Made by a program: the position numbers and the translations under genes. The notes below the pieces were generated by a model, which was not told where the DNA came from, did not search any database, and saw only the letters and a list, made by a program, of their open reading frames with translations. DNA of 62,753 nt, counting the filler, from Hausera hauseri (taxonomy: Eukaryota): assembly GCA_046269625.1 (NCBI GenBank). It is 10 parts of 10 records of this genome, joined end to end, with 100 filler letters (N's around TTAATTAATTAA, not from the genome) between each part and the next. Parts side by side here need not be neighbours in the genome. Positions count along the whole stretch, not along the records: positions 34,814 to 39,608 come from JBJURY010434138.1; positions 39,709 to 43,661 come from JBJURY010862076.1; positions 43,762 to 51,164 come from JBJURY010017121.1; 7 more parts are not named here. The stretch is one strand, 5' to 3'. Shown piece after piece: positions 34,814 to 45,950 of the stretch (the stretch's first letter is position 1; every line of letters starts with the position of its first letter).

Positions 34814-35085
34814 TGTCCGTGTATTAGTCCACAGTGAAAAATGCTACGAGATCGTCTCAGCATACATTCCATTCCATCTAATGATATCAACTCTTGTTGT
34901 TGGTACAGAAAATAACTTTTCTCTCTCCTTTCTAACTTGTGCGGCCTGGAATCTTCGCATACTTTTAAATCCATTAGAGAATACTTCTGTCCTAGTTTAA
35001 ACTTATCGCAATCGTAGACAGTAACAGCACATATTTGCTTTAATAACATCATGAAGGTAAGTAAGCTGATTAACCAATTTGGTTT
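34814..35085 (-). pseudogene. env: Class III fusion glycoprotein N-terminus (second copy), cut by contig end
   Basis: NWLISLLTFMMLLKQICA-VTVYDCDKFKLGQKYSLMDLKVC...YQQQE...ECMLRRSRSIFHCGLIHG. Confidence 0.75.
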
Positions 35086-38000
35086 GTTCTTCCGGCCACC
35101 ACCATCCGTCACTGTAAAATTGCGTAATATGTCTTCGATTCTGTTATTATTACTGGTCTTTTTATCTTCTTCCTTATCGAATAATCTCGACCAATTTACT
35201 TCTCAGGATAGCTTCCTAGCCGCTTTTCGTGATAAGCTTGTAGCTCTATTAATTTCGTTTTCCCGACTGGGATTTGTCTTGATGGCTAAGTACAGTAATA
35301 CTTTTCTTAGCTTTTCTATCGTATTCTCCACCATGATTTTCTTGGCTACTGCTTTATCGGTTAAGTTAATTTTTAATAACTTAACATGTGAATTTCTCAT
35401 CTTTCTGGCCGCATTAAATATCGCTCTCTCTTTATCGTCCAATGTGTCGCCCCGGAGGCTGGAATAATTTACGACTCGTATTAAATTCTTCATTAATTCA
35501 TTTAGTTCTTGATTGTCTGTGCTGAAGGTAGGGATCGACATCTGTCTCAATTCTCTAATCAATTCTCTATTATGGTCAACGTATTCTTGAATTTTCTTAG
35601 GCCTACCTACTGGACGTCTCTGTTTCCGAACGGTTGTTGACCTTATACTGAGTGGCACTAAATTCTTGTCGCATTGTTCTTTATCTTCGTCTGTTTATAA
35701 GTACTAAAAATGCTTTGCAGCGTCTCAGACTCCCGTGATTTGTCCTACGCATTGTTCTGTTTTAGCCTTGCGTGTAGCGTCTTCATTAGTCTGCTCATAA
35801 GCTATTACTACTACTATTCTGTTTGTTTCGTCGGGTGTAATCCCGACGTCTATTAGTTATTCTAAATTGTCTAGTATTCGCCCTTTAAAATAGAATCTAT
35901 AGTTTAGCTTGTTTCTTCCACCATTCTTTATTAATCATTCTCTTACGTCCTTTACATAGGAATAAGTAGTTAACTGACATTCTTACCTCGGGTTTAGCCC
36001 TCAAGACTTTAGCGTATTTCCTTATTAAAAGTTTCGGCACCATGCTATAAATTGTGTTCTCACTAGATAATTTAGTTAAAGTCGGAATAAGTTGCCTCAA
36101 CTTATTTTCAGTAGTGTTTACATTAATTATTTCAATTAAATACCTTTCAGTTAGCGCTGAATACAGTAGCAGCTCCACATTGAATCTTATATTCTGCGGA
36201 CACGTTTCTGTTTCATTTAGTAGTACTAAAGTCACTAAGTTTTCGGCCGTTAATGCATCCAAGTACGCATCCCATTCCAGTTCATTTCCAACGTCTCGAA
36301 GCCCATAGTCTACTAACACTATTCGTTTTTTGCACATTCTTGCAAAGTTTTTTTAACCTTGGCTGTATTTCTTTCAACTGTATAGTTCGGAAACCTATTC
36401 CGTTTCCAGAAGCATACTGAATCAGTTTTAATAGCTTACTGAGTTCGTTAGCAGAAATGAGTTCTCTATGATGATAGTTGGTTAGTTCGATAATTACGTC
36501 TCTTTGTAATCTTTGCACAAATTCACGCTTATATTTTATTTCTGACTCGGTATGAGCATATTTGTTCCGATAAATTTCGAGCTCTTTTACTAGTTCATCC
36601 AGCCTCGTTACTCTTTGCTTAATTCTAATGCATGTTTCTTCGACTTGTCGCAATTTGGGCATCAATTATCTCATCTTCTCATAATTAATTTCTGCCATTT
36701 TCANNNNNNNNNNTCACCAAGCGACAAGCTTACTTATAGATCTCATTGATGGTTTTTGAGTATGGATCTATCGCATCAATCAATTTTTTTACGAACTTAG
36801 ATTCTTCAAAACTAAGATGTTGGTCATTCGTTATCTTTGTCAACTCGGTATGGCAATTGTGATCTGTTCCAGACATATATTCTTGTGGTTTACGTAATAA
36901 TTTCATTGCTTCTTCTAGACCTGTTCTCTGTTCTGCACAAATATCTAAAGTTTCCAGATCTTGAATTGAGATTTCGTCCATAGGTTTAGCGGTCAAATGT
37001 TGGACTCCTTCTAGTCAGATGTTACTTAATCTTGGATAAAATCACAAGTCATATTCCGCTTTTCTGCGAAGTTTGTTTCTTCGATCATATTATATATTTC
37101 TTCCAATATCACCGCTTCTTGTTTCTTTTTCATAAATTTTACTCGTCGTAATGCTTCGAACTGCGTTCGAATGTCTATTTCCGCTTGTACTGTACCTAAA
37201 TTACGTACATTTTCTTCTATTTGCTTTTTTACAGATGGCTCGCTTTCTTGAAATTCTTTCTTACGGTTTTCCATTAATTTACTTAGTCTCATTATTAATT
37301 CGGACCATACCAACAATTGATTGCCAATATAGCCTTGTCTAACATTTTATACACATCCTGTAGGTCATCGTGTGGACCTTTTATGAAGTTCATAACCCGA
37401 CTGACATAACTCATTTTTATATTCGCCGAATTCTATTATACAGGCTTTTATTACATATTTAGTTTCGTCGTTATTCATAAGCATAATCAGATTTCTCAAA
37501 CTACCAATTTGTGACCTCTTTTCATTTTCCATTCCGATACGATTATCTAGGTCTGTATATTGTTTTGGTACAGCGAAGACTACTTTTATCATCTTCATTA
37601 ATGGAGGGATGTCTACGGGGTCTATACCTAATATTCCTATATCGATATCATTTCGGTTGTTAACCGGATTTTTCTAATCCAATTGATCATTGCATAGCGA
37701 ATTATCCATCATGCGCTCTAAATTGCGGATTATTCTCTTCAATTTGGGATTGGCCTCTAGTGTAGATAATAACGTTTGAGCTTTAGCAACTTTTATATTC
37801 ACACTATCTTTATTTCTGCTCCATCATTCCGAAAATTCGGCTCCACTTTCAACCCATGACTCTAACTCACGCTTCCATTTTAGCAACGTTTCAAGTGGCA
37901 CCTCTTCGATTTGTCTTAAGTCGATTGCTTCATCAAGCCTTCCTTCACTACATAACTTTAAACTTTTATATAACCTCTCAGCAAATTGTTGTTCCTTACC

Positions 38001-39608
38001 GGATATATCCACTTGTTCGCTAATTTGCTTTAACTTTTCTAAGTTCTGCTGCAGTATTTCTTGATCGTGGTATCTAATTCTCATTTTCTTTAATTCATCG
38101 GCATTTTTCCACGAACGCCGGACTTTCCATTTTCTTGGATCGAAATCATTAGTATTTTTTGTTTCTTCCTCATTAGTGGAAAGTGGACAACTCTCGTTAA
38201 TTTCATTGATCGACTCCACAGATTCTTTACCTCGATGAACGTAAATGGACCAATTTCCGGTGTATTTAAGCTAGGCTCTTCGCCGCTTTGTACAGCGACT
38301 TTCGTATCCTCCGCTTCTTTTGTTACTGGTGATCGCGAACGACTTATACATTTCCTTTCCAATGAGGTGCTGCGGCCTCTATTTTTCGTAATTTAAGTAT
38401 TAATGGCTCCATAAATTCTTTTTCGACTATACGCCTTCTGTAATCTTATCTACCTTCTTAACCGTGAACTCAGGCTTTGTATCTAAGTCGACTTCTGTCG
38501 AAGTTCCTGGTTTATCTATTATTTTTTTACTCATCGGAACACTCTTTTTTCGTGTCATATCAATTCGCTTGGGTGCTATAGCATGCTCATACTCAGTTTT
38601 TGGTTTTGCTAAACCATGATACACTTCCAGTAGCCTTAACTTATCTCCATATTCTTTTCAAGCCATCAAACTTTGTGGATTAACAGTTTCAGATTGAGGG
38701 TCTAGAAATTTCCCTCAAGTCCTGTATGTCATATTTCGCTTCTAAATTCTCGTTGACTTTAATCAATCTTGTCTTATTGAGTTTGGTGGATGAAACGCTA
38801 CTCGAATTCGGACATGACCTTGCAATGTGTCCTAGATGTGTCCATTTCTGCCGACTCTCTACCGGCCGTCTTCATTCACAGGTAATTTAGATGTATTTAT
38901 GCGTATATTGTACTGGGTTGACGTACCTAGGTTATTATCTACGTTTCGTCGACTATCATTATTCCGGTCACCATCATAACGGTTTGCATAGTTAAAACTT
39001 TTGTAGCTTCCTCCATTTCTATCCGTATTAAGATTCGACTTATTTATATTTTGATCGTTACCCTATTTTTTGTTTCGGTTGTTCCTGTAGTCATTACTAT
39101 TTTTATTTCCATAATTCCTATTACTATTAAATTATCTATCACCTTTTCCATGATTGTCATTCCGATTTCTGTCATTACGATCACTTAGATCATTATTTCT
39201 ATCGTTTCTATCATTTCTATCGTTGTGTCTAGCATATCTATATAGTGCCATTTCTAAATCTTGGGCCAATTGCGGAGTTTTCTCGGAATTCTCAGGTCTG
39301 GTCAAAATCAACTGCTTAACTAAATCTCGGGACCAAATACCATTAAATAATTGAGTCGCCATCATGATATCTAGATCTGGCGGGGTTGCCTACTCTGCTA
39401 TTACGTTCTGCGTCTGATTTAGCTTTTGTTACATTAGCTATTCTCAAGATACTTACATAACTATTAGCGAGTTTCTTCAATGCGAATGCAAACTGGGTTA
39501 CCGATTTACCCTTCTGTTGCACTCTATTTTGAAATTCCATAAGCTTCTGTTGCGGCGTTACTGTCGGTAATAATTTACGGTTTAATGCTCCTACTAAGGA
39601 GGACCAAG
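34814..39608 (-). mobile_element. 5' part of the giant Gypsy element: gag, long helical ORF region and env N-terminus
   Basis: Gag motif EFQNRVQQKGKSVTQFAFALKKLA, an Asn-rich spacer and knuckle remnant GHIARSCP (38809-38832). Then ~3.5 kb of fragmented same-strand ORFs, and a region homologous to 15426-16430. Confidence 0.85.
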
Positions 39609-39708
39609 NNNNNNNNNNNNNNNNNNNNNNNNNNNNNNNNNNNNNNNNNNNNTTAATTAATTAANNNNNNNNNNNNNNNNNNNNNNNNNNNNNNNNNNNN
39701 NNNNNNNN

Positions 39709-40288
39709 CATATGTCGCAATAATCTTTCGAGGGTTTGACGATATTGAAGAATACGATGAGCCGGTGTTAAGAAAGTAATCCCGAGGGAGATAGCAAACT
39801 TTCTGAAATTCAAACTTTCTTATGTTGTCTCTTAAATCCTGATTACATCTGATACTTTCATTAAGTGTTAATAAAATGCTCTCAGCTGACTCATGTACTG
39901 TTTGTACATAGGAATAATACAAAGATTTTCTTTTATTGAGAATATGTCGCCAACTTTATACACAGGATTAACATCTGATGCAGTTTTTCTGTCATATACA
40001 AAATCGGAGTCGTTAATATCCGTATTACTGAGACTCATATTGGATTTAGAATCTAATCTAGAAGCGTATGGCGAATTTGCAGAATTAAATTCATTCATAA
40101 TCCGAATATCGAGCTCTTTTAGTATCTGTGTATGTTGTTCGTGAATAGGATCTAGGAGTCTGAATATGACTCTTGCAATACTTTCTGGAAGTCGGCTTTT
40201 AACATCAACCATATTTCCACTGGCAACGGCTTTCCGAAACCAAATACACAATATCTAAACTCCTTTGATGAGTACGTTCAGTATTGAT
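39709..40288 (-). pseudogene. FARP1/2: FARP-family RhoGEF (DH domain) fragment, frameshifted
   Basis: TERTH...WFRK, LPE..ARVIF..LDPIHEQHTQILKELDIR, KVGDIF, FEFQKVCYLP and P.HRILQY..TLERL match the FARP DH domain (FELQKVCYLP). Confidence 0.8.
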
Positions 40289-40799
40289 TATTTATTTGAT
40301 TATATGATATGGTTTGTCAAGCGATGCTTTCTTTTTTCATGATAAATTATGTAATCGTCTACTTGAGGACATGGAACTACGTCGGCTTAAAGAGGTTAAG
40401 ACTAGTACCTCTTGTAATCGACGTTTTAAGTTAAAAAATTCTCAAACGAATCACCTAGCGAAAGAAATAATTTCAATTCGCCAAGAAATTTATCCATGAT
40501 ATTTTCAGATAAAACTGTTCGAAAAAAGTGAAATAATTTAAAGAAACAGGACACTTTCGTATAGACGAATTTAACAAGTTCTGAAGCACATTCCGATGAA
40601 TAGAAATATTTCAATTCGAGATATAGCCAAGGCCAAACATCGTAAGCCGGATCGAAGTGAATGATAGTTATCCGATAATTCACCAACGCCCGATCAGAAA
40701 TAACTGTTTTCAAATCACAAAAATGTACTACTACGTCTGCAGATGAAATCCGAACATGAATGTCGGGCCATTTTGTCGTATTTTTTAAATTATTTTGAG

Positions 40800-40916
40800 G
40801 CGAAAGATCGGGGGCCCGCCTATTAGCCCGACGCGGCGGCAACGAAAGCCCAGCCGTGCCCGACCACATGAGTCAAGGGGCATCGGCCGCTGTGGGCACC
40901 TCATCACCCCCCCCCC
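40800..40916 (-). mobile_element. Polypurine tract (G10) and start of 3' LTR
   Basis: The minus strand reads gccac-GGGGGGGGGG-tga-TGAGGTGCC, the same as at 14636-14660. The LTR end is not defined. Confidence 0.6.
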
Positions 40917-40989
40917 GTGGCAAAGTGAAAACTATGAAGATCAAAACGGACGGAAAGAAAAAATCGGTAAACGAAAAAGTGTCTGTGTC

Positions 40990-43661
40990 AGTTGGTCTTA
41001 GTGTGAACAAGACGTTAGGTGCCTTCTACTGATTTTTTCCTGCTACACTTGCTAAATGTGACTCTGCGTGTTTTGTCTTTATGCGGTGTGTTTGCTTGCA
41101 GAGGTTGAAGTTTGGGAAAAAATTGTCAGATTTTGTTGTGAGTGTTGTGTCGTACGAAGACGAGTCAGAATAAAGAGAAGAAGAATGTGAAGGAAGAAGA
41201 GAGATTGTTGAAGACGGGTGGTTAAAAATATTCAAGAGGGTGTTAGGAAGCGAAGGAAAGATGAAAGGTGTGGTGGCGGGTGAAGGAAGAGAGGTGAATA
41301 GTGGAATAGAAGTTGGAATTGTATAAGGTGAAAGAGTGGAAGTGGAAGATGAAACAAAGGTAGTGGTAGAGAGAGAGGAAAAGAGATGAGAATAGAAGTA
41401 GAGAGAGGAGAAAGTTGCGAAACTGAAATGAAAGGCGTAAAAGACGATGTGTGAGGAGAAAGGGAAAAAGAAAGCGCCGAAGTTGAGGAAGGGGTGGGAA
41501 GAGAAAGCGAGAGAGAAGACGGCGAAGAGCCATAACACCGAAGAGGGCAAGAGGATGGAGAGATTGGTGAAGTCGAAGTGGTGTTTGGCGGAGGAGGTGT
41601 TGTAAAAGGAGAAATCAAGTTGTCAGCAGGGGATGAAGGAGGTGTGCAAAGGCTTGACGCTGCAAAATGGGATGGGGAAAAGAAGATTATCTGTCAGAAA
41701 AAAATTGAAGTAGAAATCTTGGTAGAAAACGTAGGTAAAAGTGGATTAAGAAATTGAGCAGAGATGGAAGGTGAATTGCTGGATTGCTGCGCGTCATGTA
41801 AAGATGTTGATGGAAAAGTGGTATCGTTGGGAGACGTGTCGTTAATGAAGAAAGCCGGTTTAGCGTTGTTTATGTGGACTGTTACTTCTTTGTTTTTTTT
41901 GAGAATGATGATGTTGTGAGAGTGTAAACGAATTACTTTGTAAGGGCCAACATACTGAGATTAAAAGCCACACGGCGTCTGATTCTTCAGCCATACGAAC
42001 TTGGCAGTATATAAATCGTCGGGTATGTAAGGTTTATTTCAGTGTAATAGTCTACAAAATGGTTCTTTGCTGATCGCAAGGAAGTGTTTCTGAGCCGCTT
42101 GCATGGGTTCGTCTGTAGGAATATTGCCCAGCTCAACCAGATCGAATAATGGTATGATAGAAGTACCAAATAATGCTTCTGCTGGTGAACAGCCTGTAGA
42201 AGTAGATGGTGTGTTCCGCCAGCCAAGCAGAACGTATGGAATGAGTGTAGTCCAAATGAGATTGGACTTGTCAAGGATTTTGAGAGACGTTTTATCGTTC
42301 GGTGAAAGCGTTCGAGAAGGCCATTCGATTGAGGATGATATGGTGACATGTGAATGTGGTTAATTTCGAATCGACTGACAAGAGCTTTAAACAGTTTGGA
42401 TTCGAACTGTGGACCTTAGTCCGAAATGATGTGGCAAGGTGATCCAAACCTGCTGATCCAAGTGCGGATGAAAACGTCTGCGATTGTTTCTGTATTGGTG
42501 CTCCGAAGCGGGACAGCCTCTGGCCATTGCGTGGAACGGTCCATCATTGCGAGGATGAACTGATGGCCGCTGTCTAAGGGTAGTGGGCCTACAAGGTCAA
42601 TGTAAACAGATTAAAAACGAGACGTGCATGGAAAATGATATAGTGGTGTCTTTAAGTGTTTAGTAACTTTGCATTTTTGGCATGCCACACACTGCCTAAC
42701 CCATGCCTGCACGTTCGAGCGCATTGACGGCCATACTACTTGGCCTTGTAAGAGTCGAAAAGTGGCCTAGGCTCCGGAATGGTGCAACGAATGGATGTTG
42801 TTGAATGCTTCTTTTTGAAGCAATTCACAAAGGATGACTTTAGGATTATTGGGTTTGGAGGTGTCAAAGGCCACACTGTCGATAATTTTGCATTATTTAA
42901 AAGATTTAAGGATGTTAGGAAATTTTGTTGAAGTTTGGATTGAAGAAAAATTAATGTAAAATCAATAGAGTTGACCGATCGGGACAAAAAGTCAGCTACT
43001 AAATTGTCGACTCCGTTTAGGTGCTTAATTTTAAAATTAAACGTGGACAAATACGATATTTGCCTCTCCCGACGTGGTGAAGTCGGTTTTATGGTGAGGA
43101 TTTGATGCAAGGGCTTGTGGTCCTTTTGTATTGTAAAGGTTCGTGTGGTTAGCAGATGCTTAAAGTGTTTTACGGCAAGGATTATTGCTAAAAACTCTGT
43201 CAAAGGTGGAATATCTTTGGTCTTGTGCCGTGAATTTTAGAGAAAAAAATTTTAATGGCTCATGGGGTCCATTTTTGACTTAATGGAGGACAGCACCTGC
43301 AGCTATTGTGGATGCATCCGTGGTTAAGAAGAGTGCTGCATGGGAGTCGGGATGGGTCAGGATTTCCACGGTTTTTAAATTATCTTTGAGGTGATCGAAA
43401 GCTTTGATTAGTTTGGCGGTCCATTGAATAGGCTGTTTTTTCTTGCCAGAGCTTAGTGATGCGAATGGAGCAGTTAGAGTGGAACAGTGTGGAATTTACG
43501 TATGAATAAAATGCAAGGTTCCGATAAAAGAACGCATCTCTGTGGATGTACGTGGTAGCTGTATGTTTTTGATCTGTATGATGCGCTCTGGCTGATGTGA
43601 ATGTCCTGAGAAACTAATAACATGTCCTAGGAAGTTAACCTTATGTTGAAAAAGAGAGAAT
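40990..43661 (-). pseudogene. pol: Gypsy pol (RT end, RNase H, integrase, long Ser/Pro/Thr-rich tail), disrupted; same family as contigs 1, 2 and 4
   Basis: KVNFLGHVI, TDASTIAAGAVL, EFLAIILAVKHFKHLL, DHKPL, DNLVADFLSR, DLVGPLP, SPYHPQSNGLLERFHRTIK and YVGPYKV. Confidence 0.93.
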
Positions 43662-44114
43662 NNNNNNNNNNNNNNNNNNNNNNNNNNNNNNNNNNNNNNN
43701 NNNNNTTAATTAATTAANNNNNNNNNNNNNNNNNNNNNNNNNNNNNNNNNNNNNNNNNNNNAAGTTCTAAATTTAAATCAGATACAATTTTAAATTTAAA
43801 TTTAAATTAAGATTGTAATTTGGAATAATCTAAAAAAAATTAATTAAAATTAATTAATTAAATTTTTAAGGTAATATTGCAAATCTGATTTAAATTTGGA
43901 AAATCTGTTTCAAAATAAATAATTTGGATTGCAATAAAAATTTTCTACTAGTGCTTACTTTTCAATGAGTACTCTGAAACAATTCAATTTTGATTCAGTA
44001 GACATACCATAGGGCGGGTATTTTAAAACCCTACCCCGGCTGGGCAATGACGTGGATGGTGTGGATGCGCACGCAGCCAACAGTATTAATTTTTATTAAT
44101 GATGAAGTTTGAGG

Positions 44115-44327
44115 CACCTGCATATTCGGACTCACCGCAATGAGTTATGTCGGAAAAGATTTTGGACTGACCCAGTTTCGGACACCTGCATATTCGGACT
44201 CACCGTAATGAGTTGAGTCGTAAAAAATTTTGGACTGACCCAGTTTCGGACACCTGCATATTTGGACTCACCGTAATAAGTTGAGTCGTAAAACATTTTG
44301 GACAGACCCAGTTTCGGACACATGCAT
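44115..44327 (+). repeat. Tandem repeat, 68-bp unit x ~3.1
   Basis: Units start at 44115, 44183, 44251 and 44319: cacctgcatattcggactcaccg...ttttggactgacccagtttcgga. Confidence 0.95.
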
Positions 44328-45950
44328 TTCTCCATATATATGATTATAATAAACATTTGAAAAAAATTTTTGACCCAGATTCGAACAACCACATTTCCCC
44401 ACCTATCTGACTATAAGGATCATTTTAAGTTTTCGGTAACCTTTCTCGGATTCCACCAGTCTGGATATAACAATCAGGTATGCTGCCAAGTCAAGTCTGA
44501 ATCGAATATTTATTTTGCCTTGTTTTGTACAACAACAACAAAAACAAAAACAATTAAATCGTTTTTATTGAATTAGAAACATACAAGCCACATGGGTTAA
44601 CCAATTCCATGGGAAAATGAACGAGTCCATCGGAACTAGTTACATTGCAATGTTGCTTAAAACAAATCCGATCTGCTGATTGCAAAGTTGGTATGTTGGA
44701 ATCATGTTTGACAAAATTTTCCACAAACCGTACTTGACATGGATTGCCATCCAACGCATAGCAATCCACTAATTTCCGATAGGTGCGAAACAACTGACCA
44801 AATATCATATCCATGTCATCCACAACCTGCTTCATATGTCGTAGATAATGTTGTCATGCCCTCCCATTCTCCTCAGCACGCTGGAGTATCTCTTCGTGAG
44901 AAGAACATCGTGCATCAAGTAATGGTCGATCAAGATTGTAAAGGTGACTCTGGAGACCTTAAATGAGTGTTATAAACGAATGAGTTCTCTTAAATGGGAT
45001 ATGTGGTAATGTCATACCGTAAGAAGTGCATGTATTTATACTGAAATGTAACAACAAAGACACGTGAAATAAATTATATTGATTCACGAAAACAAACATA
45101 GAAAAATAATATATATATTTGTGATTAACTACGGTCAATCTAGTCTTTCCTTACAATACAAAGCGAAGCAGAAAATACAATTCCAATGAGGAAATTAATA
45201 CAGTGTCGTTTTTGTTTCCACTCATCCTCGATACGTTTTGTGAAGAGAGATTGGACTATTATTTCAATATACTCTCGTCTGTTTATTATCCTGATTTCTG
45301 TCAGCTCACATAGATACTGAACGTCAAACACATGTCCAGCCATTATTTCATCTGTAAATTTCTGAATTTCGCTCTCAATGTACTCTTCCATGTAAGTTGT
45401 AATACGTAATATAACTGATATGTTTATACCTGCGTAAAAGAAATAAGTTAGTGTATAGCAGTTTATTACATAATTGTATTTAATGTTCTCAATTTAAAGT
45501 TTACTTTTACTTTAATTTGTTTAAATTTAAAAATGTTCACAATATCCCATGTACTGCGTGTCGCGCCTACATAAGGTGGATCAGTGCCATCAAGAGATGG
45601 CGAAATATTACAAAATTGGCACGGACACATGTGTGTGCAAAGTGTGAGATTCCAACGCGCTGTGCGTACCCCGAATTTTATGGGGTACACAAGCATCATC
45701 TCGGACCGTTTACCCCGTCTAAGAAGATGATGGTTGTGCATTGCCCTATATACCCGCGATACTGTAGTAGTAGAGTGCATGACGTTGATGGTTGCCATAA
45801 TGTAATGGAGCAGTACTATGGCGCCACAACGGTGCATGGTAAATGGGCCTACGTTTGTCCCGGTTATTCTATAGTTGATGAAATCAACCACGAACAATTC
45901 TACAACATTCACAAGGATCACTTGAAGTGAAGTTCAAAAAGAAAATATTA

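Noticed and set aside
41026-41618. Hydrophobic membrane-protein ORFs or env in the contig 7 element
   Set aside because: A pyrimidine-rich low-complexity stretch open in all three frames; it corresponds to the Ser/Pro-rich integrase tail.
44115-44327. CRISPR-like array
   Set aside because: Units are contiguous near-identical tandem copies with no unique spacers, there are no cas genes, and the context is eukaryotic. The same applies to 51265-51548.
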